From NCBI GenBank assembly GCA_049315425.1, contig JBMOKE010000002.1, positions 951 through 64,950 on the forward strand: DNA of 64,000 nt, given 5' to 3'. Below, piece after piece: positions 21,074-30,732 of the stretch (position 1 is its first letter; every line of letters begins with the position of its first letter). Under the pieces are notes generated by a model. That model made no database searches, was not told the DNA's origin, and saw nothing but the letters and a program-made list of their open reading frames with translations. Position numbers and translations under genes: made by a program. Source of the DNA: Mycobacterium sp. (GTDB lineage: Bacteria > Actinomycetota > Actinomycetes > Mycobacteriales > Mycobacteriaceae).

Positions 21074-22822
21074 TCAACCAACCGTTCGGTCAGCCCCGAC
21101 GCCGGGCGGATCAACATGCACCGGAACGTCATCGGCCCAGGGTTGCCGTATCACCATGTCGGCGACCTCGACAAATCCACTCTCGAACTGACCGGTGGCG
21201 GCATCGACGAGGCGGTAGCGCTGGGTCTGGTTGTGGATCGGCTGCGCATCGAGCAGCACAACCCGCACCTCACCGGGCTCGAACTGGCAGCGGCGCTGCA
21301 GGGCGGCGATGAGTTGTTCGTTGTGCAGGTGGCCGTCGCCGAAATTCCAGCCCAGCGCCATGCTGCAAATGCGCTCGCCGTCGGTGACCGAGTACTCGTC
21401 CTCGCTGTGCGGGGCCATCGCCCGGTGCGCCAGAGTGAAGAGTGCCTTGCCGTGGGTGTTGAATCCGCGGAACGCATACCCCATGTACATCGGGATCTGC
21501 GCGGCTTCCTTACTGCCGTAGAACTTCTCCAATTGGGCGGCCGGCATGTTCGCGACAGCGATGATGCCGTCGGCGATCTTCGCCTCGGCGGAGGCCTTGA
21601 TGCACCACAGCGTGGTGTCCCAGTTTCCCGCGTAGTACCGCATGCCCGGCAGGAAGGAAATTTTTCGTGGCAGCAGGTTACCCGTGATGACGATGCCCGC
21701 CATCACCGCGAACAGAATGACCGGCAGCGGGTTGGTCATGTCACCAAGTGCGACGTCGGCGTGGCCGACGAACAATGCCAGCACCGCGAAGATCATGAAG
21801 ACGTTCCATTCCAGTGGCACCCCCATCGGGATCGCGCTGAGGATGCCGAGGTGAAAACAGATCATCACGAACGCAGCCACGAAGGTGACCGGGCCGCCGT
21901 CGGAGAACAACAGCACCAGTGGCACTCCCATCTCGATTGCGGTGCTGATGTGGGCGACGGCGCGGGAGAGCCGTCCGGGCCGCAGGTCATCAGGGAAGTT
22001 CTCGAAGAACTTCCGCTTCAACGCACGGGACCGGATCACCGGACTGTTGGACATCATCGTCGAGATGACGAACGGGAAGTGCTTGTTGAGCTTCGAAGTG
22101 GCCGCGCCCATCCAGATCACCACGCACGCCAGCTTGGCCGCGATGATCACATTCTCGCCGCCGAACAGGAAGGCGACAACGAAGGGCGCGTAGACCTCAC
22201 CTCGAGCGGCCAGGAAAAGAATCTTGTCGCGCAGGCCGGCCACGGCGAGCAGGCCCAGGATGGTCCACGACTGCCAGGCCGGCAGCAGGCCGATCGCGGT
22301 GCCCAGCGCGGGATCAGGCCCGGTGCCATCGGAGAACAACGCGACCACCAGCATGATCAGCAGCGCCGCATAGAGCACTACGTCAAACGGTTCGCGGTTG
22401 TCTCCCGCGGTCAGCGGCACCCGGCGCGGCCAGGGTGGCAACCGGATGGTGTTGGGCCGCAGCCAGTAGATGATCGACCCCATCGGCGGGAAGAAGCGAT
22501 TGTTGAGCGGACCGAAGCCGCAGCCGAGGCCGATCACTTCGAACAACATGGTGTAGAGCACGACCTTCTGGAAGACGATCGGCTCGCTCCACCACTGACC
22601 AATGTTGCCCAGACCATCGATGCCCCTGGTGGCCAGCGCGAAAAGCACACCGAAGAGGATGTACAGACCGATCTTGACGACGTAGAAGAGGTGCAGTGCC
22701 ACCGGCGTGCCGAAACCCACCTCGGCCCAGTGCCGGGCCATCGGTTTGATCTTCTCTGCGCGGGTGCCTTTGCTCCACTCATCGAAATCGATGACGGGCA
22801 CTTCCTGTTTGAGAAATCCCAT
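21074..22822 (-). CDS. Membrane protein, DUF3556 family (Rv1132-like)
   Basis: MGFLK start, multi-TM, PMGVPLEWN, YYAGNW; TAGTCT 6 nt before ATG. Confidence 0.8.
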   Translation of the reverse strand: MGFLKQEVPVIDFDEWSKGTRAEKIKPMARHWAEVGFGTPVALHLFYVVKIGLYILFGVLFALATRGIDGLGNIGQWWSEPIVFQKVVLYTMLFEVIGLGCGFGPLNNRFFPPMGSIIYWLRPNTIRLPPWPRRVPLTAGDNREPFDVVLYAALLIMLVVALFSDGTGPDPALGTAIGLLPAWQSWTILGLLAVAGLRDKILFLAARGEVYAPFVVAFLFGGENVIIAAKLACVVIWMGAATSKLNKHFPFVISTMMSNSPVIRSRALKRKFFENFPDDLRPGRLSRAVAHISTAIEMGVPLVLLFSDGGPVTFVAAFVMICFHLGILSAIPMGVPLEWNVFMIFAVLALFVGHADVALGDMTNPLPVILFAVMAGIVITGNLLPRKISFLPGMRYYAGNWDTTLWCIKASAEAKIADGIIAVANMPAAQLEKFYGSKEAAQIPMYMGYAFRGFNTHGKALFTLAHRAMAPHSEDEYSVTDGERICSMALGWNFGDGHLHNEQLIAALQRRCQFEPGEVRVVLLDAQPIHNQTQRYRLVDAATGQFESGFVEVADMVIRQPWADDVPVHVDPPGVGADRTVG

Positions 22823-22853
22823 GGGAGCAGACTAGAGCGCCACGATGGTGGGT

Positions 22854-23366
22854 TCAGACTTTCGCTGGCGGCCGGTAGAACAGCAGCAGCTGGCCGATCC
22901 CGCCGGCAAGCCCCAGCCCGAGTGCGATGAATAGCCCCGACCAGCCGTGCAGCAGATGGCCGAAGCGGGCGCCAGAGAACAGCACATGATCGAGGCTGAG
23001 TCGGCCGGGGGCGACCGCGACCGCCACCGCCGCTGTGGCCAACACCAGGTTGTACTCCCAGCCCTCCTTGACGATGAAGAACCCGTTTCGCCGGTGCACC
23101 GTCCACGCCGCCACCAGCATCAGCGCCACGAACCCCGCCGCAGCGACCGGCGTCAATAGCCCCAGGGCCACACCCAGACCGGCAGCCACCTCGGTGCCCG
23201 CCGCTACCCGGGCGTGGAAGGCTCCGGGTCGCATGCCGATGCTGTCGAACCACCCGGCGGTGCCGGCGATCCCACCGGGGCCGAAGAACTTGTTGTAACC
23301 GTGCGCGGCCATGGTCAGTCCCAGGACAAGCCGCAGGATCAGAATTCCGACGTCGTAGGCCCTCAT
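22854..23366 (-). CDS. DoxX family membrane protein
   Basis: LRLVLGLTMAAHGYNK, VHRRNGFFIVKEGWEY. Confidence 0.85.
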   Translation of the reverse strand: MRAYDVGILILRLVLGLTMAAHGYNKFFGPGGIAGTAGWFDSIGMRPGAFHARVAAGTEVAAGLGVALGLLTPVAAAGFVALMLVAAWTVHRRNGFFIVKEGWEYNLVLATAAVAVAVAPGRLSLDHVLFSGARFGHLLHGWSGLFIALGLGLAGGIGQLLLFYRPPAKV

Positions 23367-24613
23367 GGCTGACAACCTAGGGCATCCGACAACCGCTGTG
23401 TGTAGTCGTCTAGGTCGACGACGTCGGGGTCGGCATGAATACTGATGGCCACGCGGCCGCCGATACCGTGGACACCATGGGTCAGGCTCATCATCGGCGA
23501 CAGAGCCGGATACCCGGCCGTCAGCACCACCGGGTGACCGCCGAAGGCCAGATCGGCCGGGCCGCGGTTGATGCTGGACACCACGGTGTGGCCGGTAACC
23601 GTCACCGAGCGCACCGAGGGGTCGAACTTGCCCATCCCCCACCGCAGTAACCAAGCCGGCACCGCGGCGAACGCCGTCGCCGAGGCCTGCATGGCGGGGT
23701 GTTCACCGCGGCGACGGTGAGCATCCAGTTGCCCGGCGATACGTTGCGACCGCTCGACTCGACCCAACTCCGGGTAGAGCCCGATGCCCACATTGCGGAA
23801 GTTGTTGTGTGCCTGCCGGTTATGCGCGCCCAGGTTCGCCATCGGTACCTCGGCACCAAGCAGGCTGATGTCCTCGCCACGGTCACTGAGATACCCCGCC
23901 AATGCCTCGGCGATGATCACCAGCGCCCCCACGGTCACGGTAGAGCCAGGCAGCCGGTCGCGGTTGACCACCAGGGTGCGCACCGCAGCGGCACCCCTGG
24001 GACCCGTGTTGATACTCAACGCCGGCCGCAGCGATATCGGCGGCACCAACAGTCCGGCATCAATGTCGCGGAGCAGACGACGGTGGGCCCGCGCAGCTTG
24101 CACTGCGCGCCACAGCAGCGGTCCCGGATCCGGTGGTGCCACCGAGGTGATCGGCTGTCGACGGCCCAGGAGGACACCCGCCAACTCGGCTGACCGAGTG
24201 CCGTCGCCCAGCGCGTGGGTCATCTGGATCACCACCACCGAACCGCCCTCCGCAACGCCGGGAACATCACAAACCTCGGGGAAAACATGCACCCGCCAAC
24301 ACATTCGGGAGGGGTCGAGCTGCTCGGCGGACAGACGGGACACCCGATCCAGACAGCCCTGCCAGCTGTCACCTTGGAGGTCATGGATCCGGAACTGATC
24401 TGGTGTGATCTCCCCAGGCTCCCACCGCGGGTAGCGCCACCGGTGTTCGTCGACAACTCGCAGACGCAATTCATGGCAGGCCGCAGCGTTAGAAAGCAAA
24501 GCCTGTACCGCCGAGGCGAGATCGTCGGGTGTGCCGTCGAAGGCATAGAGCAGGAACTGGTCGTTGGGAACCTTCGCCGACAGCATCAGCATCTGAGCGT
24601 CGGGCGCCGCCAT
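23363..24613 (-). CDS. WS/DGAT-like acyltransferase (Rv1125-like)
   Basis: HxxxDG motif in THALGDG; its stop overlaps the DoxX ATG. Start uncertain. Confidence 0.75.
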   Translation of the reverse strand: MAAPDAQMLMLSAKVPNDQFLLYAFDGTPDDLASAVQALLSNAAACHELRLRVVDEHRWRYPRWEPGEITPDQFRIHDLQGDSWQGCLDRVSRLSAEQLDPSRMCWRVHVFPEVCDVPGVAEGGSVVVIQMTHALGDGTRSAELAGVLLGRRQPITSVAPPDPGPLLWRAVQAARAHRRLLRDIDAGLLVPPISLRPALSINTGPRGAAAVRTLVVNRDRLPGSTVTVGALVIIAEALAGYLSDRGEDISLLGAEVPMANLGAHNRQAHNNFRNVGIGLYPELGRVERSQRIAGQLDAHRRRGEHPAMQASATAFAAVPAWLLRWGMGKFDPSVRSVTVTGHTVVSSINRGPADLAFGGHPVVLTAGYPALSPMMSLTHGVHGIGGRVAISIHADPDVVDLDDYTQRLSDALGCQP

Positions 24614-24640
24614 GGTTCTGCCGGCCATGGTTCTGCCGGC
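24611..24640. repeat. Perfect 15-bp tandem duplication CATGGTTCTGCCGGC x2
   Basis: Read directly; includes the WS/DGAT start codon. Confidence 0.85.
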
Positions 24641-24687
24641 CACAGCCGAACCGGGCTCGGCCGATAGCGGGCCGCTAGGCTCAGGCG

Positions 24688-25497
24688 GTGCCCTCACTAC
24701 TGCCTTCCCCGGGTCCGAGCCGAGCCGCGTTGATCACCGGCGCATCCTCGGGAATCGGTGCTGAGATCGCCCGTGATCTGCACGGCCGCGGCCATCATGT
24801 GGTGCTGGTGGCTAGGCGGGCCGATCGACTCGCTGAGCTGGCGGCAGAGTTGGGCGGACGCACTTCCGTTGTGCCGGCCGATCTTTCCCGCCGCGAGGCA
24901 CGAGCGACGCTGGCCGGTCAGGTGGCTCAACTCGGTCTGGAGATCGACATCCTGGTCAACAACGCCGGTTTGTCCACCATGGGACCGCAACAACGAGCAG
25001 ATACCGACGCCGAACTCGACGTGCTCGAGGTAGATGTGGCAGCCGTGGTCGATCTGTGCACCCGCTTCGTGCAGCCGATGGTCAGCCGGCGGCGCGGTGC
25101 GGTACTCAACGTCGCCTCGGTGGGCGCGTTCGGGCCGCTGCCGGGCCAGGCCGTCTACGGCGCATCCAAGGCGTTTGTGCTGTCCTACACCCACGCATTG
25201 CGTGCCGAACTGAAAGGCACCGGTGTCTCGGCGGTGACCCTGTGCCCCGGCCCGGTTCACACCGGCTTCGGTGAGCAGGCGGGTTTCACGGATGCCGAGG
25301 CAGAGGCGCTGATGCCGAAGCCGATGTGGGTGTCGGCGCGCGATGTCGCCCGCGCCGGTGTCAACGGATTGGATGCCGGTCGCGCGGTGATCATCCCGGG
25401 CGGAATCAACCGAGCCGCAGCTGCGCTCAGCTACCTCACGCCGCGACGGCTGCTGGTGCCAGTGCTGGCCCGGGTACACCCCGGTCTCAAGCGCTGA
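24688..25497 (+). CDS. SDR oxidoreductase
   Basis: ITGASSGIG, NNAG, YGASK; TAGGCT 6 nt before GTG. Confidence 0.9.
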   Translation: MPSLLPSPGPSRAALITGASSGIGAEIARDLHGRGHHVVLVARRADRLAELAAELGGRTSVVPADLSRREARATLAGQVAQLGLEIDILVNNAGLSTMGPQQRADTDAELDVLEVDVAAVVDLCTRFVQPMVSRRRGAVLNVASVGAFGPLPGQAVYGASKAFVLSYTHALRAELKGTGVSAVTLCPGPVHTGFGEQAGFTDAEAEALMPKPMWVSARDVARAGVNGLDAGRAVIIPGGINRAAAALSYLTPRRLLVPVLARVHPGLKR

Positions 25498-26377
25498 GGA
25501 ATTCAACAATGCGCCGGCCGACCTCGTCGGGCCGTTCGAGTTGCAGGAAATGCCCGGCGTGGTCGATGACCACCGCGGCACTGTTATCCGGTAGCGCAGC
25601 GGCAACGAAGGGTGCGAAATCGGCTGTCATGCAGCCGTCGTCGGCACCGTGCAGGTACAGCGTCGGCACCCTCGGCGGCTCGATCCACCAACGGTGCAAT
25701 TCGGCGTAACGGGTCGGGGGGGCGGAGTTGCGGATAGTCGCCCGATAAGGGCCGAGCGCAGCCCGCCAGCGGTCCGGCGTACCGATCGCGGCGTTGACAT
25801 GACGCAGGTCCTCGGCGGCGGCATAGCCGGGAGACCAGCGCCGCCACAGCAGCGGCACAATCCACGACGACGACCGCTCAGGCAGGAACGGCAGCTGGAA
25901 GTAGCTGATATACCAGCTGCGCACCAGCTGAGCCGGCAACAGCTTCAGGACCCCCCGACGCAGGGGGCGCAAGGTCGCTGACGGTGGCACCGACATCACC
26001 ACCGCCTTACGAAACGGACTGTCAGGCATCGCAGCCAGTCCGGTCGCCGCGATGGCACCCCAGTCGTGACCGATGACCACATCGGCGTCGGTGGGATTAC
26101 ACGCGGCCCGCACCTGCAGCGCATCATCCATCAGCGCGCCGAGGTGGTAGGAGCGGTCAGAGGCCAGCGAGGACGGCACATAGCCGCGCATGAACGGCGC
26201 GATCACCCGGTAACCCGCTGCCACCAGTTGTGGTGCAAGCGCGCGGAAGCTGTACGCGGTATCGGGAAAACCGTGCAGGCACAACGCAATCGGACCAGTT
26301 TCCGGCCCCCAGGTCAGCGCCCGAAGCTGCACCGCGGGCGCGGTGACGTTAATCCAACGTGGCTCAGGCATCGTCAT
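25487..26377 (-). CDS. Alpha/beta hydrolase, epoxide hydrolase-like
   Basis: LHGFPD, GHDWGA, HGADDGC, HAGHFLQLE. Confidence 0.9.
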   Translation of the reverse strand: MTMPEPRWINVTAPAVQLRALTWGPETGPIALCLHGFPDTAYSFRALAPQLVAAGYRVIAPFMRGYVPSSLASDRSYHLGALMDDALQVRAACNPTDADVVIGHDWGAIAATGLAAMPDSPFRKAVVMSVPPSATLRPLRRGVLKLLPAQLVRSWYISYFQLPFLPERSSSWIVPLLWRRWSPGYAAAEDLRHVNAAIGTPDRWRAALGPYRATIRNSAPPTRYAELHRWWIEPPRVPTLYLHGADDGCMTADFAPFVAAALPDNSAAVVIDHAGHFLQLERPDEVGRRIVEFLSA

Positions 26378-26408
26378 CTCCTCAGCATCATCGCCCCGGC
26401 CCGGAGCA

Positions 26409-26894
26409 TTAGATCGGATCGAAATCGGAGATCAGCCAAACACCATCGACATTCTCCATAGTCACCCGCACGGTGGAATTGGTGCGGGTGGGCGGTGCGG
26501 TACCCAGGGCAAGGGTCTGGTCGACGTAGGCCAGGACGACAGCGTGATCGGCATCCGCTGACACCGCCGCCGCGGCCGGTACCCTGGCCGCCGCGGTGAT
26601 CTTCTTCTGTTTAGCGCTCGGGATGACGACGGTCTGAATCAACTGGTTATAGGACTCCAGAAAGGGTCCGGTCAGCCGGCCGCGCGCGGCGTTGAGTTTC
26701 TGATCGGCGGTGTCGGGCTGGTAGGTCAACATCTCCACGATCGAATCGTGGGCAGCCTGCACCGCGTCGGAGCCGGCGCGGTCAGCCTCCCGGCGCGACG
26801 CGGCGTCCCAGAATAGCCAGATGCCACTGGCGATGAGCAGAACAGTCAGCGCCCCCGCTGCGGCGGCGCGTAGGTGTCTGCGGCTGGAGATCAT
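26409..26894 (-). CDS. Mce-associated membrane protein (Mam/Omam-like)
   Basis: Single N-terminal TM, MLTYQPDT, C-terminal GVWLISDFDPI; ATG overlaps the upstream stop. Confidence 0.75.
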   Translation of the reverse strand: MISSRRHLRAAAAGALTVLLIASGIWLFWDAASRREADRAGSDAVQAAHDSIVEMLTYQPDTADQKLNAARGRLTGPFLESYNQLIQTVVIPSAKQKKITAAARVPAAAAVSADADHAVVLAYVDQTLALGTAPPTRTNSTVRVTMENVDGVWLISDFDPI

Positions 26895-27463
26895 GGGATG
26901 AACTCCACCTTGGAGACCTTGGATTCTTCGTCGACTCTGGTGACGGTCACTCGCATCCGCCAACCCTGCGGTTGCTGTTCGGGCACACCGCGGTTGGAGG
27001 TCATCACCGTCATCGCCACCAGGACCCGGCCCTCATCACCCTCGGCCGACTCCAGAGCCGCCTCGGTGACGGTGCCCACCGACTTGGACTGGGCGCGGCG
27101 GGCGGCTTCACTGAACGGCTGTGCGCGCTGTGCGAAGTCGTCGCGAAACACCCCGGTCGAGGAATCCAGGATGCGCTGCACGTCCTGCTCAACGTGTTCG
27201 TGGTCGATGGTGGTCAGGTTGATCGCGCCCTGCCGGGCCGCCTGCACCATCTCCTGACGTACTTGCTCACCGTGGCGGACCTGGTAGTCGCGGTAACCGA
27301 GCCAGCCGTTGATTCCCGCGAGCACCGCGAGCACCACCATGCCGACGACTGCGGGGCGCGTCGCCCGCGGCCCCGGCAGTGGGTGCGAGGTCAGCGCCGA
27401 GTCGCCGTCGGCCGCGCCGGTGGTCTCCGCGGACTCGGCGGCCTCGGCGGCCTGCTCGGCCAT
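26891..27463 (-). CDS. Mce-associated membrane protein (Mam/Omam-like)
   Basis: AARQGAINLTTID, ILDSSTGVFRDDF, WRMRVTV...KVSKVEFIP. Confidence 0.8.
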   Translation of the reverse strand: MAEQAAEAAESAETTGAADGDSALTSHPLPGPRATRPAVVGMVVLAVLAGINGWLGYRDYQVRHGEQVRQEMVQAARQGAINLTTIDHEHVEQDVQRILDSSTGVFRDDFAQRAQPFSEAARRAQSKSVGTVTEAALESAEGDEGRVLVAMTVMTSNRGVPEQQPQGWRMRVTVTRVDEESKVSKVEFIP

Positions 27464-27571
27464 GGTGGCTCCTCTGCGACGATCGGCTACTGGGGGCAAA
27501 GGCTACCGGTAGGGCGCGCAGGTAGCGTGCAGTGCATATGCCCAGTGCATATCCCCAGCGAGAGGAGTCCG

Positions 27572-28429
27572 GTGACCACCGGTCCAGCAACCGTCGAGTT
27601 CCGTGGTGACAATTCATTGACGTTGGTCGCCGATGAATGGAATCGGGATACCGCCGATCCGGACCGCCCGACGATCCTGATGCTGCACGGCGGTGGGCAG
27701 AACCGGTTCTCGTGGAAGAACACCGGTCAGATACTTGCGGGCCATGGATTTCACGTCGTCGCACTCGATGCCCGCGGCCACGGAGATAGTGATCGCGCAA
27801 TGAACGCCGATTACATCGTCGACGCGTTCGCCCGCGACGCGGCGGCCGTGATCGAACAGATCGGTCGGCCGGTGGTGCTCATCGGGGCCAGCATGGGCGG
27901 GTTGACCGGAATCATCACCGCCAACAGGGCGGGGCCGAGCAGCGTGGTCAAACTCGTCCTCGTCGATGTGGTGCCGCGGTTCGAAAGTGAGGGAACTCAT
28001 CGCATCCGCGACTTCATGTCCCGTCACGTGCACGGGTTCGAGACCCTGGATCAGGCCGCCGACGCCATTGCGGATTACCTGCCGTATCGCAAACGCCCGC
28101 GCAACCTCGACGGCCTGAAGAAGAATCTGCGTTACCGAGATAGTCGCTGGCACTGGCATTGGGATCCGGCATTCGTCACCTCGGTAGGTAATGACCCATT
28201 TGTGGATGTGGACCGACTTGAGCAGGCGGCGGTAGACCTGCAAATTCCGATCCTGCTGATCCGCGGCAAGCTGTCCGACGTGGTGAGTCCCGAGGGCGTC
28301 GAGGATTTTCTGGCCAAGGTGCCGCAGGCGGAGTTCGTCGAACTCTCCGATGCCGGACACACGGCGGCCGGGGATGACAATGACGCCTTCAGTGAAGCGG
28401 TGGTCACATTCGTCACCCGACAAGATTGA
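27572..28429 (+). CDS. ephC: Alpha/beta hydrolase (EphC/Rv1124-like)
   Basis: LHGGGQNRFSW, GASMGG, AGHTAAGDDN; SD AGGAG before GTG 27572. Confidence 0.75.
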   Translation: MTTGPATVEFRGDNSLTLVADEWNRDTADPDRPTILMLHGGGQNRFSWKNTGQILAGHGFHVVALDARGHGDSDRAMNADYIVDAFARDAAAVIEQIGRPVVLIGASMGGLTGIITANRAGPSSVVKLVLVDVVPRFESEGTHRIRDFMSRHVHGFETLDQAADAIADYLPYRKRPRNLDGLKKNLRYRDSRWHWHWDPAFVTSVGNDPFVDVDRLEQAAVDLQIPILLIRGKLSDVVSPEGVEDFLAKVPQAEFVELSDAGHTAAGDDNDAFSEAVVTFVTRQD

Positions 28430-28454
28430 AATCCGAGACTGAATAGGAGTCGCG

Positions 28455-30134
28455 ATGAACCAGCCCACCGTTGCCGAATACGTCCTCACCCGAATCGCCC
28501 GACTGGGCATCGACCAGATCTTCGGAGTGCCCGGTGACTACGCCTTCTCCATCGATGACGCCGTCGAACAGGTCGTGGGACTGCAGTGGATCGGCTGCGC
28601 CAACGAACTCAACGCGGCGTACGCGGCTGACGGCTACGCCCGCATCCGTGGGGCGGCGATGCTCACCACAACCTACGGAGTCGGTGAACTCTCGGCGCTG
28701 AACGGAGTGATGGGCAGCAAGGCGCACCGCCTCCCGGTATTCCATCTGGTCGGAATGCCGAGCGAACGCATTCAACGATTGGGACTCATCACCCACCACA
28801 ACCTCGGTGATACGCGCTACGACCGGTACATCCCGATTTCCGGGGCCGCCTGTTGTGTGACTGCCGTGCTCACCCCTGACAACTGCATTGAGGAACTCGA
28901 ACGCGTCATCCGTGAGGCGCTGCGGCAGAGCATGCCGGCCTACATCGTGATCTCTGAAGTCAACGGGTTGATGCCGGTGATCGGCACACCGGTGCGCGGC
29001 GAACCGCTGGCCGATGTCAAGCGTCAGCGAAGCGATCCGCAGGAACTCAAGGCGGCGGTGGCCGCGATTTTGGCTGTGCTGGCGACAGCCGAGCACCCTC
29101 TCGCCCTGGCCACCGAGTTGACCACCAGATACGGCGTTCGCGACAAGGCCGTCGAACTGATCACCAAAGCCAACCTTCCGGTCGCGCTGACCTCCTACGA
29201 CAAGGGAGTGATCGACGAATCCCTGCCGCAATATCTCGGCCTGTACGCCGCGGAGAATTCACAGCCTCCGACGGTCCGCGATGCGGTCGAGGCAGCCGAT
29301 CTGATCCTCGATATCGGCGGGGTGTTGCTCACCGAACTCAATACAGGTATGTGGGGCGACGTGCTCCGTACGGCACGCGCCGCCTGCATTCACGACAACT
29401 GGGTGCGCATCGGTAGCCAGGTGTTTCTCAATGTGGCAATCGATGATGTGCTGGACGCGCTGATCGCAGAAGTTAAGCCGCGGGCCGGGGTCGTTACCGC
29501 AGCCGGTGCAGATCTGCTCGCCATGGTCGGCTCCGATGACGAGCCAACCTCCTCGGCCAACTTCTACCCGCGCCTGCAGCGAAAACTACAGTCCGGCGAC
29601 ACCCTCGTGATTGAAACGGGCACCAGCATGTTCCATCTCAACGGGATGCGGCTGCCGGCTGGCGTAGGTACCGAAGCTCAAGGGTTGTGGGGCTCGATCG
29701 GTTGGGCAACCCCGGCCACCCTCGGTATCGCGATGGCGAAGACGTCCGGCCGCACCTGGCTGGTCACCGGCGACGGCGCACACCAGCTCACCCTGAACGA
29801 ACTTGCGGTGATGGCGAGATACGGCATCAAACCGGTGATCTTCGTCCTCAACAACGGGCTCTACGGAATCGAAGACGTGATCAGCGAGCGTGGCCACGGA
29901 TACGACGACCTTGCCGCTGTCCAATATCACCTGCTGCCAGCCGCGTTCGGCTGCACGGACTGGTATTCGACGCGGGTGAGCACAGTCGCCGAGTTGGAGC
30001 AGGCCCTTGCCGCGATCGACAGTCACGACGGAGCGGCCTATATCGAAGTGATGATCCCCAACGAGGAAAGCCAACCGCTACCACCCGAGACGATCGACCG
30101 CGGATACAAACTCATGACCCCGGATCCCGACTGA
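28455..30134 (+). CDS. ThDP-dependent alpha-keto acid decarboxylase (indolepyruvate/pyruvate decarboxylase family)
   Basis: FGVPGDY, NELNAAYAADGYAR, TTYGVGELSA, WGSIGW, GDG...NN ThDP motif. Confidence 0.92.
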   Translation: MNQPTVAEYVLTRIARLGIDQIFGVPGDYAFSIDDAVEQVVGLQWIGCANELNAAYAADGYARIRGAAMLTTTYGVGELSALNGVMGSKAHRLPVFHLVGMPSERIQRLGLITHHNLGDTRYDRYIPISGAACCVTAVLTPDNCIEELERVIREALRQSMPAYIVISEVNGLMPVIGTPVRGEPLADVKRQRSDPQELKAAVAAILAVLATAEHPLALATELTTRYGVRDKAVELITKANLPVALTSYDKGVIDESLPQYLGLYAAENSQPPTVRDAVEAADLILDIGGVLLTELNTGMWGDVLRTARAACIHDNWVRIGSQVFLNVAIDDVLDALIAEVKPRAGVVTAAGADLLAMVGSDDEPTSSANFYPRLQRKLQSGDTLVIETGTSMFHLNGMRLPAGVGTEAQGLWGSIGWATPATLGIAMAKTSGRTWLVTGDGAHQLTLNELAVMARYGIKPVIFVLNNGLYGIEDVISERGHGYDDLAAVQYHLLPAAFGCTDWYSTRVSTVAELEQALAAIDSHDGAAYIEVMIPNEESQPLPPETIDRGYKLMTPDPD

Positions 30135-30142
30135 AGCGGCCG

Positions 30143-30670
30143 CTACCCGACTCCCCAAATCGCGAGCGTCTTGCCCTGCGGGTCACGGAGCGCGAGTTGG
30201 CTGATCGACTTGCCCTGCGGCACGTCGAAGGCGAGATGGCTGGCCACAGTCTGTCCCGGCGCAAGCTGGCCAGAAGTGATTCCCGGTTTCACTGCACCAA
30301 CCGCAGGAGCGATACTCGCACCATCCTGGTCGCGGGCAACGAAATAGAAACCGTTGAAAAACGTTGTGCCAGTTTGTGCCACGATGTTCACATCCACCGC
30401 ATACATCGTCCCCTGGGCCGCGATGATCTGGGCGTCGATGGGAACCGGTGCAAGGTTACCGACGGTGTAGGAAGCGGTAGCACCTGATGTCATGACATTG
30501 AGCGCCGTCCCGAGAATGGCCGCCTGTGGACCCGACGGCGCGGTCGTTGGGCGGGCAGCGCTCGTGGTGGCGGTCGGTGCTGTGGTGGGCGCGGGAGCCG
30601 CACATGCCGCTACCGCCACGACCGCAGCGGCAAGGAACCCGATCGCACGTGGCGCGCCAGCTATCGTCAT
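30143..30670 (-). CDS. Putative lipoprotein with MPT63-like (DUF1942) domain
   Basis: Lipobox-like AVAAC, Thr/Ala/Pro linker, YTVGNL...FDV; TAGTAT 6 nt before ATG. Confidence 0.6.
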   Translation of the reverse strand: MTIAGAPRAIGFLAAAVVAVAACAAPAPTTAPTATTSAARPTTAPSGPQAAILGTALNVMTSGATASYTVGNLAPVPIDAQIIAAQGTMYAVDVNIVAQTGTTFFNGFYFVARDQDGASIAPAVGAVKPGITSGQLAPGQTVASHLAFDVPQGKSISQLALRDPQGKTLAIWGVG

Positions 30671-30732
30671 GGCCGGATACTAGCGCCGGGGAAGAACGGC
30701 AAGGCAGCGATGGCCCCGTCCGCCCTCGGGTT

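Noticed and set aside
21116-22930. 604-aa plus-strand ORF
   Set aside because: Antisense shadow of the DUF3556 gene with no recognisable motif; typical of high-GC DNA.
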